This document shows, piece by piece, positions 52,058-62,446 of a stretch of DNA of 64,000 nucleotides. Made by a program: the position numbers and the translations under genes. Every line of letters starts with the position of its first letter. The stretch's first letter is position 1. Under the pieces are notes generated by a model, which was not told the DNA's origin, did no database searches, and saw only the letters and a list, made by a program, of their open reading frames with translations. Source of the DNA: an uncultured bacterium (GTDB lineage: Bacteria; Verrucomicrobiota; Verrucomicrobiia; Limisphaerales; UBA8199); contig CAVVMW010000014.1 in NCBI GenBank assembly GCA_963749495.1, positions 448,001-512,000 on the forward strand, given 5' to 3'.

Positions 52058-54625
52058 TCATTCAGGAAACTGTCCCCGCACCATCGCGCAGCTTCTCTTG
52101 AGGGGGACATCGAGCTCGAGGGAACCGTCCCGGGAAACGGCTGAGATTGGCACCGGCGTCTCAACACCGGGCTGCAGCGCGCTCCACTTGGCTTTGTCCA
52201 GCCCCGGCAGGTTCGCAAGCCGGAGCTGGACCGAGGCGGCTCGGCCACCAAAGGTCACCGGCAGCACGTAGCCGCCAGGTACGCGGAAGAGATTCACTTT
52301 GGCTCCCGGCGTCGCACTTTCCACGCAGCGAGCGGTCAACACCCATTTTCTGCCCCGCATGGCGTCGAGCAACGGACCGTAATCCATATAATATCGCTCG
52401 GCTCGAGGCTCGGGGTTGATGCAGTGATGGTTGAACGGATAGGGAGCGGTTGGAAAGACGCCGAGGTGCATGTGCCGCTGGAAGAACGAATCAGGGTCGG
52501 GCTGATTGAGGGTCTCGTTGTAGGTCCAGGCGAGGACTGGTTTGCGAAGGCCCATCAGCGCGGCGGCGTTGAGCGCACCGGGATTGTCGCCGTGCTCGGT
52601 GTAGATGCCGTCGAGCTCGCGGTTGAGTTCCAGGCGCATGGTCATGGTGTTGGCGAAGATGACTTTGTCCGCGCTGTGCATGAGCGGGCCGAGCTCCGCC
52701 ATGAAGGCGCGCCAGGAGTTGTAGAGCGAGCGAGCCGCCTGTCCGTCCACGAAGCTGACGCCGTCGTCGGCGGCCGGGTTATAGTAGCGCAGCCAATCGA
52801 GGCGGTCGATGCAGAGCCCGTCCGTATCCGGCAGCAGTTCGAGGTGGCGCCTGACCTGTTCGAGGAGGAACTTTCGGTAGGCGGGGTCCCCCACATCAGT
52901 GACCCAGGCCCGGTAGCAGGTGTTGATGGGCGGCTTGAGATAGGCCTGAGGAAGGCACAGCTTGAGAAAGGCGACGGGATTTGTCCAAAGGAGAGGCTCA
53001 GCGGCGTACTCGGCTGGAACGTTGAGGTCTTTCATGTTCTTGCCGAACTCGGTGACGTTGAAATAATTCAGCACATGGAATCCTTGCGCCCGCATGCGCC
53101 GGGCGTAATCGTTCATCTGGCGGGCGGAGATGGTGGGCAGCTTGCCCGTCGGTGTCGGCTCATCGCAGGAACGAGTCCAGCGCTCGTCGGCGTCACGCAC
53201 GGGCGGGAGGAACATGCCCATGTAGGGGAAGTCGTCCGACATCTTCCAGTTGAGGCGAAAGGCCATTTTCTTGAACTTGGCGGCGTCGATGGGGCGTTCG
53301 TCACCCGAGTAGGCCCCACAGCCGGTGATCGCGTCGGCTCTGGGGTTGGGCGGGTCGAAGAATGCGGGATAGCGCGCCACCATCCAGCGCAGGCCGCCGC
53401 GCCAGTCCGCCTCGTGGCCGACCAGGTCCATGACAAAGCGGGGGGTCTTGCCGCCGCCAAGACGGTGACAGGTGCGCGAGAAGCGGACGTCCCCCGCGCA
53501 GGACAAGCCTAAGGTCATGTTCAGCAACACTTCCTCTGGGGACAAAACCAGGCTAAAGCCCGCGTTCCGGTCGGGAGCGGCGATGGTGACCAGAGGGATG
53601 GAAACGAAATCTCCGCCGATGGGCGCGCTCTGGGCCGCGTTGCCATAGTGCCAACTCCGGTTGACGAACGGCCTCAGTGCCAGGGGATCGCGCCATGCGT
53701 CGCCCCGGCCCTCCGGGTCCGACCAGCCGGTCCAGCACCGAAGATGCTCCGGCGTACCGCAGGCCAAGCGTGTGATGACCGCAGTGGTCCAGGGCTCATC
53801 GGGGCTGTTGATCTCGACTTCCCAGCGAATGCTCTCCCGGCCAGGCGTGAACCTCTCAGTGACCGTGCAGGAGTGGTTTTGCGGGCCGGTCAGCTTCCGG
53901 GAAACAGCCAGCCCTCCGCCGGGCAACTCCGTGGCCACGGCCTTTCCCGCGATCTGGCAGCCTGCCAGCCGCGTCAACCCGCGAACCCCCATCCGTTCGC
54001 CGCCCACTTCCAGGCCCGTGATGTCGCCATCCTCGGCCAGTTGGACTGTGATGGAAGGCGAGGCCACCTTGAACCGGGGGGGCTTGGGAGCTTCCTGCGG
54101 CCTGGGCTTCGCCAGCAGGACCGCTTCGGCCCAATCGGCGTGGTCACAATTCCGTCCGTCCCCCGCGTCGGTGACGACGAGCTTGAGCTGCCTGACCCCA
54201 GCTAGAGGCACGCTCACGCGCGCCGCGGGAGTCTCAGCCCTCATCACCCCGCTCTGGAATAGCTCCCGTCCGTCGCCGAGAACCTTGAAGACGACGCTGG
54301 CCTCCTTATACTGGCGCATCGCCGCGTCCACGCCCACCCATGCCTCGAACCGTTCCCACGGCTCCTCCAGCTCAAAGACGAGTTCGCTGTTGGCGTGCGT
54401 CCCCAAACCCTCGGAGAACTTGCGGTCGCCAATCTGGAGCGGCTTGCCCCACACGCTTAGGTCCCTCTGCAGGCTGCCCCAATCCTGCCGGACTGAATCG
54501 GGGATTAAGGTGCCCAGCGGAACAGATCTCAGACCCGGGGCCTGCAGTTCAGCGGCCTGGCTGGCAGCGCCCAACAGAACGAGCCACGCCACCAGGTTGG
54601 CAAAAGCAGGTTTCATAGCGCCCAA
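52058..54625 (-). CDS. NPCBM/NEW2-domain secreted glycoside-hydrolase-like protein
   Basis: GLGTHANS...DAGDGRNCDHADWA (NPCBM); YFNVTEFG, IDRLDW. Confidence 0.75.
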   Translation of the reverse strand: MGAMKPAFANLVAWLVLLGAASQAAELQAPGLRSVPLGTLIPDSVRQDWGSLQRDLSVWGKPLQIGDRKFSEGLGTHANSELVFELEEPWERFEAWVGVDAAMRQYKEASVVFKVLGDGRELFQSGVMRAETPAARVSVPLAGVRQLKLVVTDAGDGRNCDHADWAEAVLLAKPRPQEAPKPPRFKVASPSITVQLAEDGDITGLEVGGERMGVRGLTRLAGCQIAGKAVATELPGGGLAVSRKLTGPQNHSCTVTERFTPGRESIRWEVEINSPDEPWTTAVITRLACGTPEHLRCWTGWSDPEGRGDAWRDPLALRPFVNRSWHYGNAAQSAPIGGDFVSIPLVTIAAPDRNAGFSLVLSPEEVLLNMTLGLSCAGDVRFSRTCHRLGGGKTPRFVMDLVGHEADWRGGLRWMVARYPAFFDPPNPRADAITGCGAYSGDERPIDAAKFKKMAFRLNWKMSDDFPYMGMFLPPVRDADERWTRSCDEPTPTGKLPTISARQMNDYARRMRAQGFHVLNYFNVTEFGKNMKDLNVPAEYAAEPLLWTNPVAFLKLCLPQAYLKPPINTCYRAWVTDVGDPAYRKFLLEQVRRHLELLPDTDGLCIDRLDWLRYYNPAADDGVSFVDGQAARSLYNSWRAFMAELGPLMHSADKVIFANTMTMRLELNRELDGIYTEHGDNPGALNAAALMGLRKPVLAWTYNETLNQPDPDSFFQRHMHLGVFPTAPYPFNHHCINPEPRAERYYMDYGPLLDAMRGRKWVLTARCVESATPGAKVNLFRVPGGYVLPVTFGGRAASVQLRLANLPGLDKAKWSALQPGVETPVPISAVSRDGSLELDVPLKRSCAMVRGQFPE

Positions 54626-54684
54626 TTATCCGCAAAACGGAGCCGTTGGGAAGTGCAATGATCGGCCGGGCCCCTGTGGTTGAC

Positions 54685-55746
54685 CTAGTGCTCCATCCCT
54701 TGCTCACGTGCCCAGTTCTTCCATTTCATGATTTGTGCATCATGCTCCTCCATGAACCTAGGATAAGACGGATAGCCTTGGTTAGTTATCCTCCCCAGAG
54801 CAAAAATCGCGTCGTATTGAGTCCGTGCATTCGCATCATCAAGCGCTGAGACCAGACTCCGCACGCTGCTTAAGTCGCCCAGGTGCCTCAACAGACGGAC
54901 TCCGATCCCGCGAACGAGCGCATCATTTGAAGCGGCGAGTTTATTCGCTTGCTCAACCACCACGGCATTTGTGGCGCGCTCTAAAGCCCATCCGACCTCC
55001 CCCATCTGATTAGGCTGAAACACGGTCCCCGACAAAAGGTCGTTTACCGTTCGACCTACGGCGTCCTTATCGGCTTGGCGAACCCCCTGAATCCGCGCCT
55101 GGAACTGGATTCGCTTGTCAGCGCTCCCTTCCAAACCTTCAAGGATACTCGTGGGCACCGGTTTGACCAAATTGTTCATCCACAAGAATACTTGAAACAC
55201 GGCATCTGCATCTGGCCCACCCGACAGCATAGCCAGAAGCTGCCTGGCGATGCGGTCGGCCACGGTGTTCGTCAACACGTCCGCCGACGCGTCGTAGGAA
55301 GGCAGGGAGATCTTTGAATTGAAACGACTTACAAATTCGAAGTGGCTGCTGTCGTGTCTTTTCAAAAAGAGCACCGCTGTCTCATTCGGAGCGAGGTCGT
55401 CGAAATGGTTCGGGACGGATTCTGGCCGGTAGAACAGAACGTTGATCTTGTCCCCCGGTGAAACGTTGTGGCCGTTTGCGTCATCGGCCTTGAGCAACGC
55501 CAACACTCCACACTCGGCATTGAACGCGCGGCATTTGATGTCACTCTGGCCGACCCGCCGAACCGCGGCTCCAGCCGCTTCGGGAGCCGAGGCCTTAGCG
55601 ATGACGAGGAGGTTGGAGGCCCCAGTGACCTGATCGAGGTCGAACGCGGGTACCGGTTCCGCCGCCGCCCGGGCCAACGCCAACATCAGGATCAGGCACT
55701 CTGCCACAGCTTCGCGAATCCGACGGCTACTATTCATGGCGCACAT
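54685..55746 (-). CDS. Exported protein with C-terminal HEAT-like repeats
   Basis: Signal-like N-terminus; LVSALDD...AIFALGRIT. Confidence 0.55.
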   Translation of the reverse strand: MCAMNSSRRIREAVAECLILMLALARAAAEPVPAFDLDQVTGASNLLVIAKASAPEAAGAAVRRVGQSDIKCRAFNAECGVLALLKADDANGHNVSPGDKINVLFYRPESVPNHFDDLAPNETAVLFLKRHDSSHFEFVSRFNSKISLPSYDASADVLTNTVADRIARQLLAMLSGGPDADAVFQVFLWMNNLVKPVPTSILEGLEGSADKRIQFQARIQGVRQADKDAVGRTVNDLLSGTVFQPNQMGEVGWALERATNAVVVEQANKLAASNDALVRGIGVRLLRHLGDLSSVRSLVSALDDANARTQYDAIFALGRITNQGYPSYPRFMEEHDAQIMKWKNWAREQGMEH

Positions 55747-55842
55747 ATCCTCTGTTTTGTTGCCACGTCAGCGCTATGGCTTGGACGCCGACGACAACGG
55801 GACTATCGGACCACAGGCCCGCACCGGTGTCAACCCGGAAAC

Positions 55843-56297
55843 GCGTCAAGGCCTTACATTGTGCATTTTCGATTGACAGCACGGGCGGGGCAGCCACAAT
55901 GGGACCCTGCCGCGCCAACTGCGCATTCAGTTTCCCGGTGCCGTGTGCCATCTGATGAGTCGTGGGGATCGCCGCGAGGACATTTTCCTGGACGACGCAG
56001 ACCGCCTGGATTTCCTTAAGACCGTGGCCGAGGCTTGCCAGAAAACGGGCTGGCAGGTCCATGGCTACTGCCTGATGCGCAACCACTGTCATCTGGTCGT
56101 GGAGACGCCCAACGCGAACCTGGTGGCGGGGATGGAGTGGCTACAAAGAGAAGGAGATCGCCGGTCGGTTGCATCTGGGCACGGCGCGGAGCGCGAGCGC
56201 CCGCTTGCACACCGCGATGCGGCGCCAGACTGCCGCTGCCTCAGCCCAAGGCCACTTGCCAATGTGAGAGAAAACGTGCTTTGTAAAGGCTGACCCC
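55843..56297 (+). mobile_element. Internally deleted Y1/RAYT-like transposase element
   Basis: PRQLRIQFPGAVCHLMSRG...YCLMRNHCHLVV (HUH); imperfect inverted ends, the right one ending TGACCCC. Confidence 0.75.
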
Positions 56298-56345
56298 TTT
56301 TCGTCAACCGATGCATCGGGGTCCTTCAACCCCGGCTCGACCCCG

Positions 56346-56780
56346 TCAAGGAACGGCTCTCAAACCAGTCGCGACGGCAAGGGCCCGCTGGCGGGTGTCG
56401 AAAGAGACAAACTCTGCTGCGCGTAGCGTCTTCCCCACCGCCACGTGCAGAATGTCGAGACTGGGCGTTCCAGTGGCCGCCGTGTGCCGCTCGCTCAGGT
56501 GTGTGGCAATGCGGAGGGCCACTGCCCACTTCACCACCGTCTTCACCAAGCGCCCGCTACGCAGATCCGAATCCAAATTCGCCCAAGCCGCGGCGGCATC
56601 AGCAGCGGAGAACAGCCCCCGAAACACACCAAGCTTGAACGCATTCCGCACTTCCAAGGCGTGCAACGCTGTAAAAGGGAGTTGCGCGCCGGTTCGGGAG
56701 AGCCAGGTCTTGGCTGGCCCGGTATTCGCGTCGACGATGTAACACGAGACCAGAAAACTGCTGTCCGCATAGTAGTGCAT
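56346..56780 (-). CDS. VapC-like PIN toxin
   Basis: YADSSFLV, EVRNA, SLDILHVA, FVSFDTRQ. Confidence 0.88.
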   Translation of the reverse strand: MHYYADSSFLVSCYIVDANTGPAKTWLSRTGAQLPFTALHALEVRNAFKLGVFRGLFSAADAAAAWANLDSDLRSGRLVKTVVKWAVALRIATHLSERHTAATGTPSLDILHVAVGKTLRAAEFVSFDTRQRALAVATGLRAVP

Positions 56781-56785
56781 CCCCT

Positions 56786-57010
56786 TCAGAACGCCGCTTC
56801 CTCGCGTTCCACAAGGACCAGATTCGGCAGCACCCGATCACCGAAGATGCGCTTGGCTCGCGCTTCAACGTCCGGCCATTTCACACGCCGAGCCCTTCTT
56901 TCGGACTGGGCTGGCATCTCGTCCGCCAGCGCCAGGACCGCCAGGACAAATTTCCGCCGCTCCCGAGGCGGCAGCGCCCCGACTTGCTTGAGAAGTTCAA
57001 CCGCGCTCAT
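56786..57010 (-). CDS. Putative antitoxin
   Basis: MSAVELLKQVGALPPRERRK...; immediately upstream of the PIN toxin. Confidence 0.65.
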   Translation of the reverse strand: MSAVELLKQVGALPPRERRKFVLAVLALADEMPAQSERRARRVKWPDVEARAKRIFGDRVLPNLVLVEREEAAF

Positions 57011-57092
57011 GGGAGTAAATTTAGAAGGGCCGGCCGAGGCTGTCAATCCATTGCGGTGCATGGCAGCGGTTCCTCGCCACGCTGGAGGAGGG

Positions 57093-57356
57093 CTGCCAGA
57101 AGACAGGCTGGCAGGTTCATGGCTACTGCCTGATGCGCAACCACTGTCATCTGGTCCTGCAGACGCCCAACGCGAACCTGGTGGCCGGGATGGCGTGGGT
57201 ACACAGACACGGAGATCCCCGGTCGGCTGCATCTGGGCACGGCGCGGAGCGCGAGCGCCCGCTTGCACACCGCGATGCGGCGCCAGACTGCCGCTGCCTC
57301 AGCCCAAGGCCACTAGCCAATGTGAGAGAAAACGTGCTTTGTAAAGGCTTGACCCC
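57093..57356 (+). repeat. Direct repeat of the RAYT 3' part (copy of about 56035-56297)
   Basis: Near-identical ctgccagaa...ggctactgcctgatgcgcaaccactgtcatctgg...gtaaaggc(t)tgacccc. Confidence 0.8.
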
Positions 57357-57609
57357 TTTCCCGTTGTCGTAACTGAAACAGATGCACTTGTTGAGCCGGT
57401 CCAAAGTGCCAATTGTCCAAATGACAAGACATGACCCCAATGGTTTACCAATGGTTTAAATTATTCTGCCGGCTGTAGTAGCCGATGAAGATCTCGGTGC
57501 CCGCCGGATTTGCCGCGATGGACGGTTCCCACAGGTCGGTGAGCGTCATGTCGTTGTCGTTGGTGTTGAGCCGCACAAATACGTCAATAGTCATCTCTGA
57601 CCCCTTTCT

Positions 57610-57815
57610 TGTGGCTGTTTTGCTCTTTGGTCCGGCGGCCTGGAAGTGCGCACCCCGCGACCGCTTCATCGGGTGGAGCGCGGCCCAACGGCAAGCCCAC
57701 CTCGAGCAGGTGGCCAACAACAGCCGATTCCTGATTTTACCCTGGGTAGAGGCGCCGCGGTTGGCCAGCCATGTCCTGAGCCTGGTCTTGCGCCGGCTGC
57801 GCCAGGACTGGCAAA
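57610..57815 (+). pseudogene. DUF4338 (DruA-like) fragment
   Basis: AAWKCAPRDRFIGW...NNSRFLILPWV...LASHVL...DWQ. Confidence 0.7.
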
Positions 57816-57912
57816 GCGCAATGCCTTCGGTATTGCGGTGCTGCCAGCCCTCACCCGGTCGATACACCAGCGGGCCTTCTGTTCACCATCGTGCTTTTCA
57901 GGGCCCACCGGG

Positions 57913-59115
57913 TTATTGACGCTGCGCGGGTGACTCACGCCTCAGCACCCAAGTATCGGGTTCCGGCTCCTGCACTCGCACCTGGATGCTCAGCGCGCAC
58001 GCTACGCATTTCCCCGTGCCAATCGCGATCGTTTGCTTGGCTCGGCAGCGAGGGCACGTCAACGTGATCTCACCCAAGTCCGCCACGGTGGCGGGCACTG
58101 GGACGGTTCGCTGGTTGATCTTCGCGAGGACCAGGAGCGCGAGCGTTCCGCAACCCCCCATGATGGCCATCGCCCCGGCGAGGCGGCCGAGCATTTCCGC
58201 CTGCCACGGACTCGTGATGCTCGCGATGTCCACGAATCCACCGGTGGCGATGCCGGCCCCAATCGTCCCCCAAAGGAGCCACCGCTGGGCTGGCTTCAAG
58301 GGACACCAGGCCATGGCGTTCGCGTGCGCCACGACCGCTGCCACGCTGACGACGCAGACGAAGAACGCGGATGTCTCATGAATGTCCGAGAGGATCGCGT
58401 ACGCGGAGATCGCAAATGCGGTTGCTGCCGCCGCCACCCCCAGCCAGCGCCAGTGTCGCCGGTCCGTGCCTGTCCCAATGAGGCAGAGCACCGCCAGCGC
58501 AGCGAAGACGGCGAGCGACAGTCCGAGCAGTTGCCAACGCTCCGCTCGGACTTTCCCAAGCCACCCGCCCCAGATTCCCACCATGAGCAATACGAATACC
58601 ACCGCGCTGGCGAAGAGTCCGACCCGCCCCGAAAGAGAGGCGTCCGCTCGCTTCAAGATTGCCGAAAAACCGATGGCGGGAACCGAGGTGCCGGCCAGGT
58701 AGAACATCGTCATCGCTACTTGTTCGTCCGCGCGCCCGAAGAGGTTCCAGGTCAACCCGAGGGTTGCGAGGTATTCGGTCACGATCAGCGAAACCGCCAT
58801 GACGCCCGGCAGCCAGGTCGCCTCCTGCTCGAACTGCCGGGATACGGCCAGCACGAGGAACGCCCCGACGGCGGTAGCCGCACACGTCCCCACGATCCGC
58901 CAGAGCGTGTCGTGTCCCGCAAAAATGACGCCCGCCGCTCCGAAACCCGCCGCCAGCCCCAGCGCCCAGAACACAACTCGCAGCAGGACCTTTCGATAGA
59001 TCACTGGGTTGTTCTTCATGCTTTCGGAGTCTTCGACCAGCCCCAGTCGAGTCAGGTTGCCGGCGGTTCCCGTGCCAGTTGTGGAGGGTTTTGGTGTCAT
59101 ATTCATGCAGGGCAT
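57913..59115 (-). CDS. Multi-TM membrane protein with C-terminal Zn ribbon; start probably MKNNP at 59019
   Basis: Many hydrophobic segments; CPRC...CVAC. Confidence 0.7.
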   Translation of the reverse strand: MPCMNMTPKPSTTGTGTAGNLTRLGLVEDSESMKNNPVIYRKVLLRVVFWALGLAAGFGAAGVIFAGHDTLWRIVGTCAATAVGAFLVLAVSRQFEQEATWLPGVMAVSLIVTEYLATLGLTWNLFGRADEQVAMTMFYLAGTSVPAIGFSAILKRADASLSGRVGLFASAVVFVLLMVGIWGGWLGKVRAERWQLLGLSLAVFAALAVLCLIGTGTDRRHWRWLGVAAAATAFAISAYAILSDIHETSAFFVCVVSVAAVVAHANAMAWCPLKPAQRWLLWGTIGAGIATGGFVDIASITSPWQAEMLGRLAGAMAIMGGCGTLALLVLAKINQRTVPVPATVADLGEITLTCPRCRAKQTIAIGTGKCVACALSIQVRVQEPEPDTWVLRRESPAQRQ

Positions 59116-59532
59116 TTTGCCCCAGGAGTGGCTCCAGGCGGTAATTGATAATTCTGTTGATACTATTGATGTCCTCGATGTACACGCACTAATGGTGAGA
59201 CCTCAAGCCAGCTTCCGCGCACCGCGCAAAAGGCGCGGCCCGAGGTCTGACCCAGTCGCGCCCGTTCCAGGCCGAAGCAGGGTGATGATCGTCGGTGGGG
59301 GCAACCCCGGAATTAGTGATAGGAATTTGGTTTTTGCCGCGCCGACGGTTTTGACGCTGCGCGGGTGAGGGAGAATTGGTTTTTGGTCTCACTCATTACG
59401 GTCGGATGCTGCCAGATGAGGACCAGAGGGTCAAGAGGAACGTTTTGTCGGTTTTTGATGGTTTTGGCACAACATGGGGGCCGCTGGCGTGTGCTGGGGC
59501 CTGAGGGTCGGCTCAAAAAAACCATTGGCAAA

Positions 59533-59978
59533 AACCATTGGGGTCATGTCTTGTCATTTGGACAATTGGCACTTGACGCCGGGATTCCGGGATGATTCCA
59601 ATGGCCCATGGCACGCGCGTTGCGCATCGAACGGGCGGGCGGGCGGTATCACGTCACCGCCCGCGGCAATGAACGCCAGGACATCTTCCGTGATGACGCA
59701 GACCATTTCCATTTTTTGGCATTGCTGAGCCAGCTTGGCGAGTGTTTTGGCGTAAGGGTTCCGGTTACGCTGGCTACCGCCCGCCGCTGGCGTGGGTCTG
59801 GCGCCAGCCGCTGGCCCGGTTATGGGTTTGAGTCAACTGGCGGTTTGGACTACCCCGTAGTGAGCAAAGCCCTCGCCCGCTTTGGACGGCGCCTCGAAGC
59901 CGATCCCCGCCTGCGAGAAGAAATAGCCGCAATCCAGGACCGATTGTCCAAATGACAAGTCATGACCCCAATGGGTTT
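59533..59978 (+). mobile_element. Second Y1/RAYT-like element, internally deleted, with terminal inverted repeats
   Basis: MARALRIERAGGRYHVTARGNERQDIF between CCATTGGGGTCATGTCTTGTCATTTGGACAAT and ATTGTCCAAATGACAAGTCATGACCCCAATGG; another end copy at about 57403-57446. Confidence 0.8.
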
Positions 59979-60129
59979 AGTGCCAATGGGTTTCATCGTG
60001 GAGTTCGAACTGGCCAAACCGTCGATTCGATCATGTCGGGATTTCGCGGTGCCGGTGCTTGATGCCTCGAGGCGGGCTGGCACTTTGCGTGCCTGCCGCG
60101 CCGCCAGTTTTGGCGCTGCGCGGTTTAGG

Positions 60130-60450
60130 TCACGCCGCTGCGGGAAGAAGTGGGCAGCGCTGCACCTCTTTGGCGATGCGCTCCTCAGTTTCATCCTGGG
60201 CGAGGTCGAGATCATATTGGCCCTGAAGGCCGATCCAGAATTCCGGGGTCGTGCCGACATACCGGGCAAGTCGGAGCGCCAGTTCTGCGCTGACGCCGCG
60301 CCGTCCACGGATCAGCAAACGCACAGTGGCCTGAGTCACCCCCAAGCCCTTGGCAACCGCTGAAGCCGAAAGTTTCAATGGTTTCATGAATTCCTCTCGC
60401 AGCACCTCGCCCGGGTGGACCGGCGGAAGCTTGTTCTTTCGTGTGCCCAT
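60130..60450 (-). CDS. higA: HigA antitoxin
   Basis: VHPGEVLREEF...ALRLARY...PEFWIGLQ..YDL. Confidence 0.9.
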   Translation of the reverse strand: MGTRKNKLPPVHPGEVLREEFMKPLKLSASAVAKGLGVTQATVRLLIRGRRGVSAELALRLARYVGTTPEFWIGLQGQYDLDLAQDETEERIAKEVQRCPLLPAAA

Positions 60451-60454
60451 GGCC

Positions 60455-60736
60455 TTAATGATAGTCAACGATTTCAACTTGGTGTGCGTCGTTTTCCTGC
60501 CACCGGAAGCAGATGCGCCACTGGTCATTGATCCGAATGCTCCACTGGCCGCGGCGGCTGCCTTTGAGCGCCTCCAAACGGCTGCCAGGGAATGCGGCCA
60601 GGTCCCCAAGCCTTCGGGCATTGTGCAGCATACGCAACTTCCGGAGCGCCACAGCCTGCATGACGTGATCCAACCGCCGCGAGAATCCGCGATGCCAGAG
60701 GCGCTCAGTCTCTTTGCAGGCAAAGCTCGCAATCAC
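60455..60736 (-). CDS. higB: HigB (RelE/ParE family) toxin
   Basis: VIASF...LEALKG...WSIRINDQWRICF...EIVDYH. Confidence 0.9.
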   Translation of the reverse strand: MIASFACKETERLWHRGFSRRLDHVMQAVALRKLRMLHNARRLGDLAAFPGSRLEALKGSRRGQWSIRINDQWRICFRWQENDAHQVEIVDYH

Positions 60737-60824
60737 CGACAAAAACTAAGGTGCCGCCTGCAAGCTGTCAACTCTGCGCCGCGACTCGAACAAAAGCCTC
60801 AGGCCCTTACCCTGTTTACTGAAA

Positions 60825-60945
60825 AAGCCCTTACATTGTGCATTTTCGACTGGCAGCACGGGCGGGGCAGCCACAATGGGACCATGCCGCGCGAACTGCG
60901 CATTCAGTTTCCGGGTGCCGTGTACCATCTGATGAGTCGTGGGGG
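60825..60945 (+). mobile_element. Left end and 5' stub of a Y1/RAYT element
   Basis: Same end as about 55850; MPRELRIQFPGAVYHLMSRG. Confidence 0.7.
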
Positions 60946-61166
60946 TCGGGTGCCGGACAAAAAAGTAACCTCCGTTGAAGAGACCAAGGCAGGCGTTGTT
61001 TCTTCCCTTCCGGGATTGTATCTATGCGGATGCAACCGCAATGAAATGGGGCTGCCCCAAGGCTGGCCAGCCCCCCCGGATCGCTCAGCGGCTTTGTTTT
61101 CCGCGTATTCCGTCCACCCTCCGTAGCAGAGCTACTGCGGAGGACGGGCGTATTCCGCGGTTGCCC

Positions 61167-61310
61167 TCAGGTGCCATGGCCGTATCGGCCCCGCTCCGCC
61201 ACGATGCGCTCAATTTGGACTTTGGGATAATGGCCAAAGTTGACCAACAGCCCGAGCTTGAACCGGGTCGCCTTGAGGTGGTTTTGCACCTGCGCCCGAT
61301 GCTCGTCCCG
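61167..61310 (-). pseudogene. GxxExxY-family protein C-terminal fragment
   Basis: DEHRAQVQNHLKATRFKLGLLVNFG..PKVQIERI. Confidence 0.7.
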
Positions 61311-61324
61311 CAGAAGAATGAACC

Positions 61325-62123
61325 ATCGAGTAGAGCAGAGGCGCGAACATGATTAGGCCAATGACTTCCAGTGTATCGGCCCTTTCGGGCATCGTGGCAA
61401 ACGGTCATCAAGCCATCCACTTCGTTTCCTCTGCCCCCTCTAAAATTCCGTACGGTGGGTTTTCCCCAGTACCGGCTTCAAACCCGCCTGACGCCACGGC
61501 CACCTTCGCGGGCGTGCTACCGCCCGCTTATAGGCCGTCACTGTCGGTATCTCCGTCCCCGGCGTTTGTTCCGTAGTCGGACTTGCGTCCAAGCGGCACC
61601 GAGAACCTCTGACCACGACCGCGGGTCCAGTGGCCCTTGGCTCCCCAACCGGTTATGCTGTCCGGTCGGCTCGTCGCTTACTATGGCCACATGTGCGCCT
61701 CTGTTGGCCACCCAGCGGCTTATGCATTATTCCGCCAGGCTGCGGGGCCAACCCGCCAGCCCCAGAGGGTCCCCAATTTACTCTGCCAGTCCTTTCACCC
61801 CATGCCGCCGCCCGTACTCCGGTGACTCCAACGATTGCCTGCGACGATGCCTTCATCGTTGGTTGTGCCTTCGCCGTTTTCGCACCGGTTCGGCAGTCAC
61901 AAATCCCACGAATCCGGAACCCGTGGGTAGCGTAACGAAGCTGCAGCTTTCGCTTTATGCTACGGCCTGGAGGTGTTGCTCGCCCTGCTCCGGCCAGGAC
62001 TTTTACGACCGAGCTTTCGCGGGTCGGGTCGCCCCTTCCCGTGTCGGTTATCACTGTATGGTTCATCGTCAGTTACCATCGCCGGACTTCCACCGGCTGG
62101 ACTGGCAGCCTTATGGGCTGCGA
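61325..62123 (-). ncRNA. ORF-less group II intron, copy 2 (799 nt)
   Basis: Colinear with 42402-43203; near-identical domains V/VI; 5' end TCGCAGCCC, 3' end CTACTCGAT. Confidence 0.87.
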
Positions 62124-62389
62124 GCGGAATACGCGGAATACGCGGAAATGAACAGGTCTAATGGTTACTAGTTTGTCCCGTACCCGTGGGGATCGGCGCG
62201 ATGACATTCAGAAAAACCCGCCATTGCCGCTTCGCGGGCGGCCTAAATCCACCCCATCGATAGCCGGCCCAAGCGTAAAACTCCGCATTGTCCGAACAGT
62301 CCGCGCTGTCCGTGGACAGGAGCGGTCGAGGCGGCGCATAGTGGCGTCCATGAGAAACGCAACTGTTCAGGTGGCTACACAACAAGTGC

Positions 62390-62446
62390 CCTGCCGCCTA
62401 AAGGCGGCGTTCCGCCCGCTCTGGGAACGCCGCCTTCAGGCGGCAG
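62390..62446. repeat. REP-like inverted pair
   Basis: ctgccgcctaaaggcggcgttcc ... ggaacgccgccttcaggcggcag. Confidence 0.7.

Noticed and set aside
57610..57815. Druantia defence system
   Set aside because: Only a ~65-aa DUF4338 fragment; no DruE helicase or partner genes.
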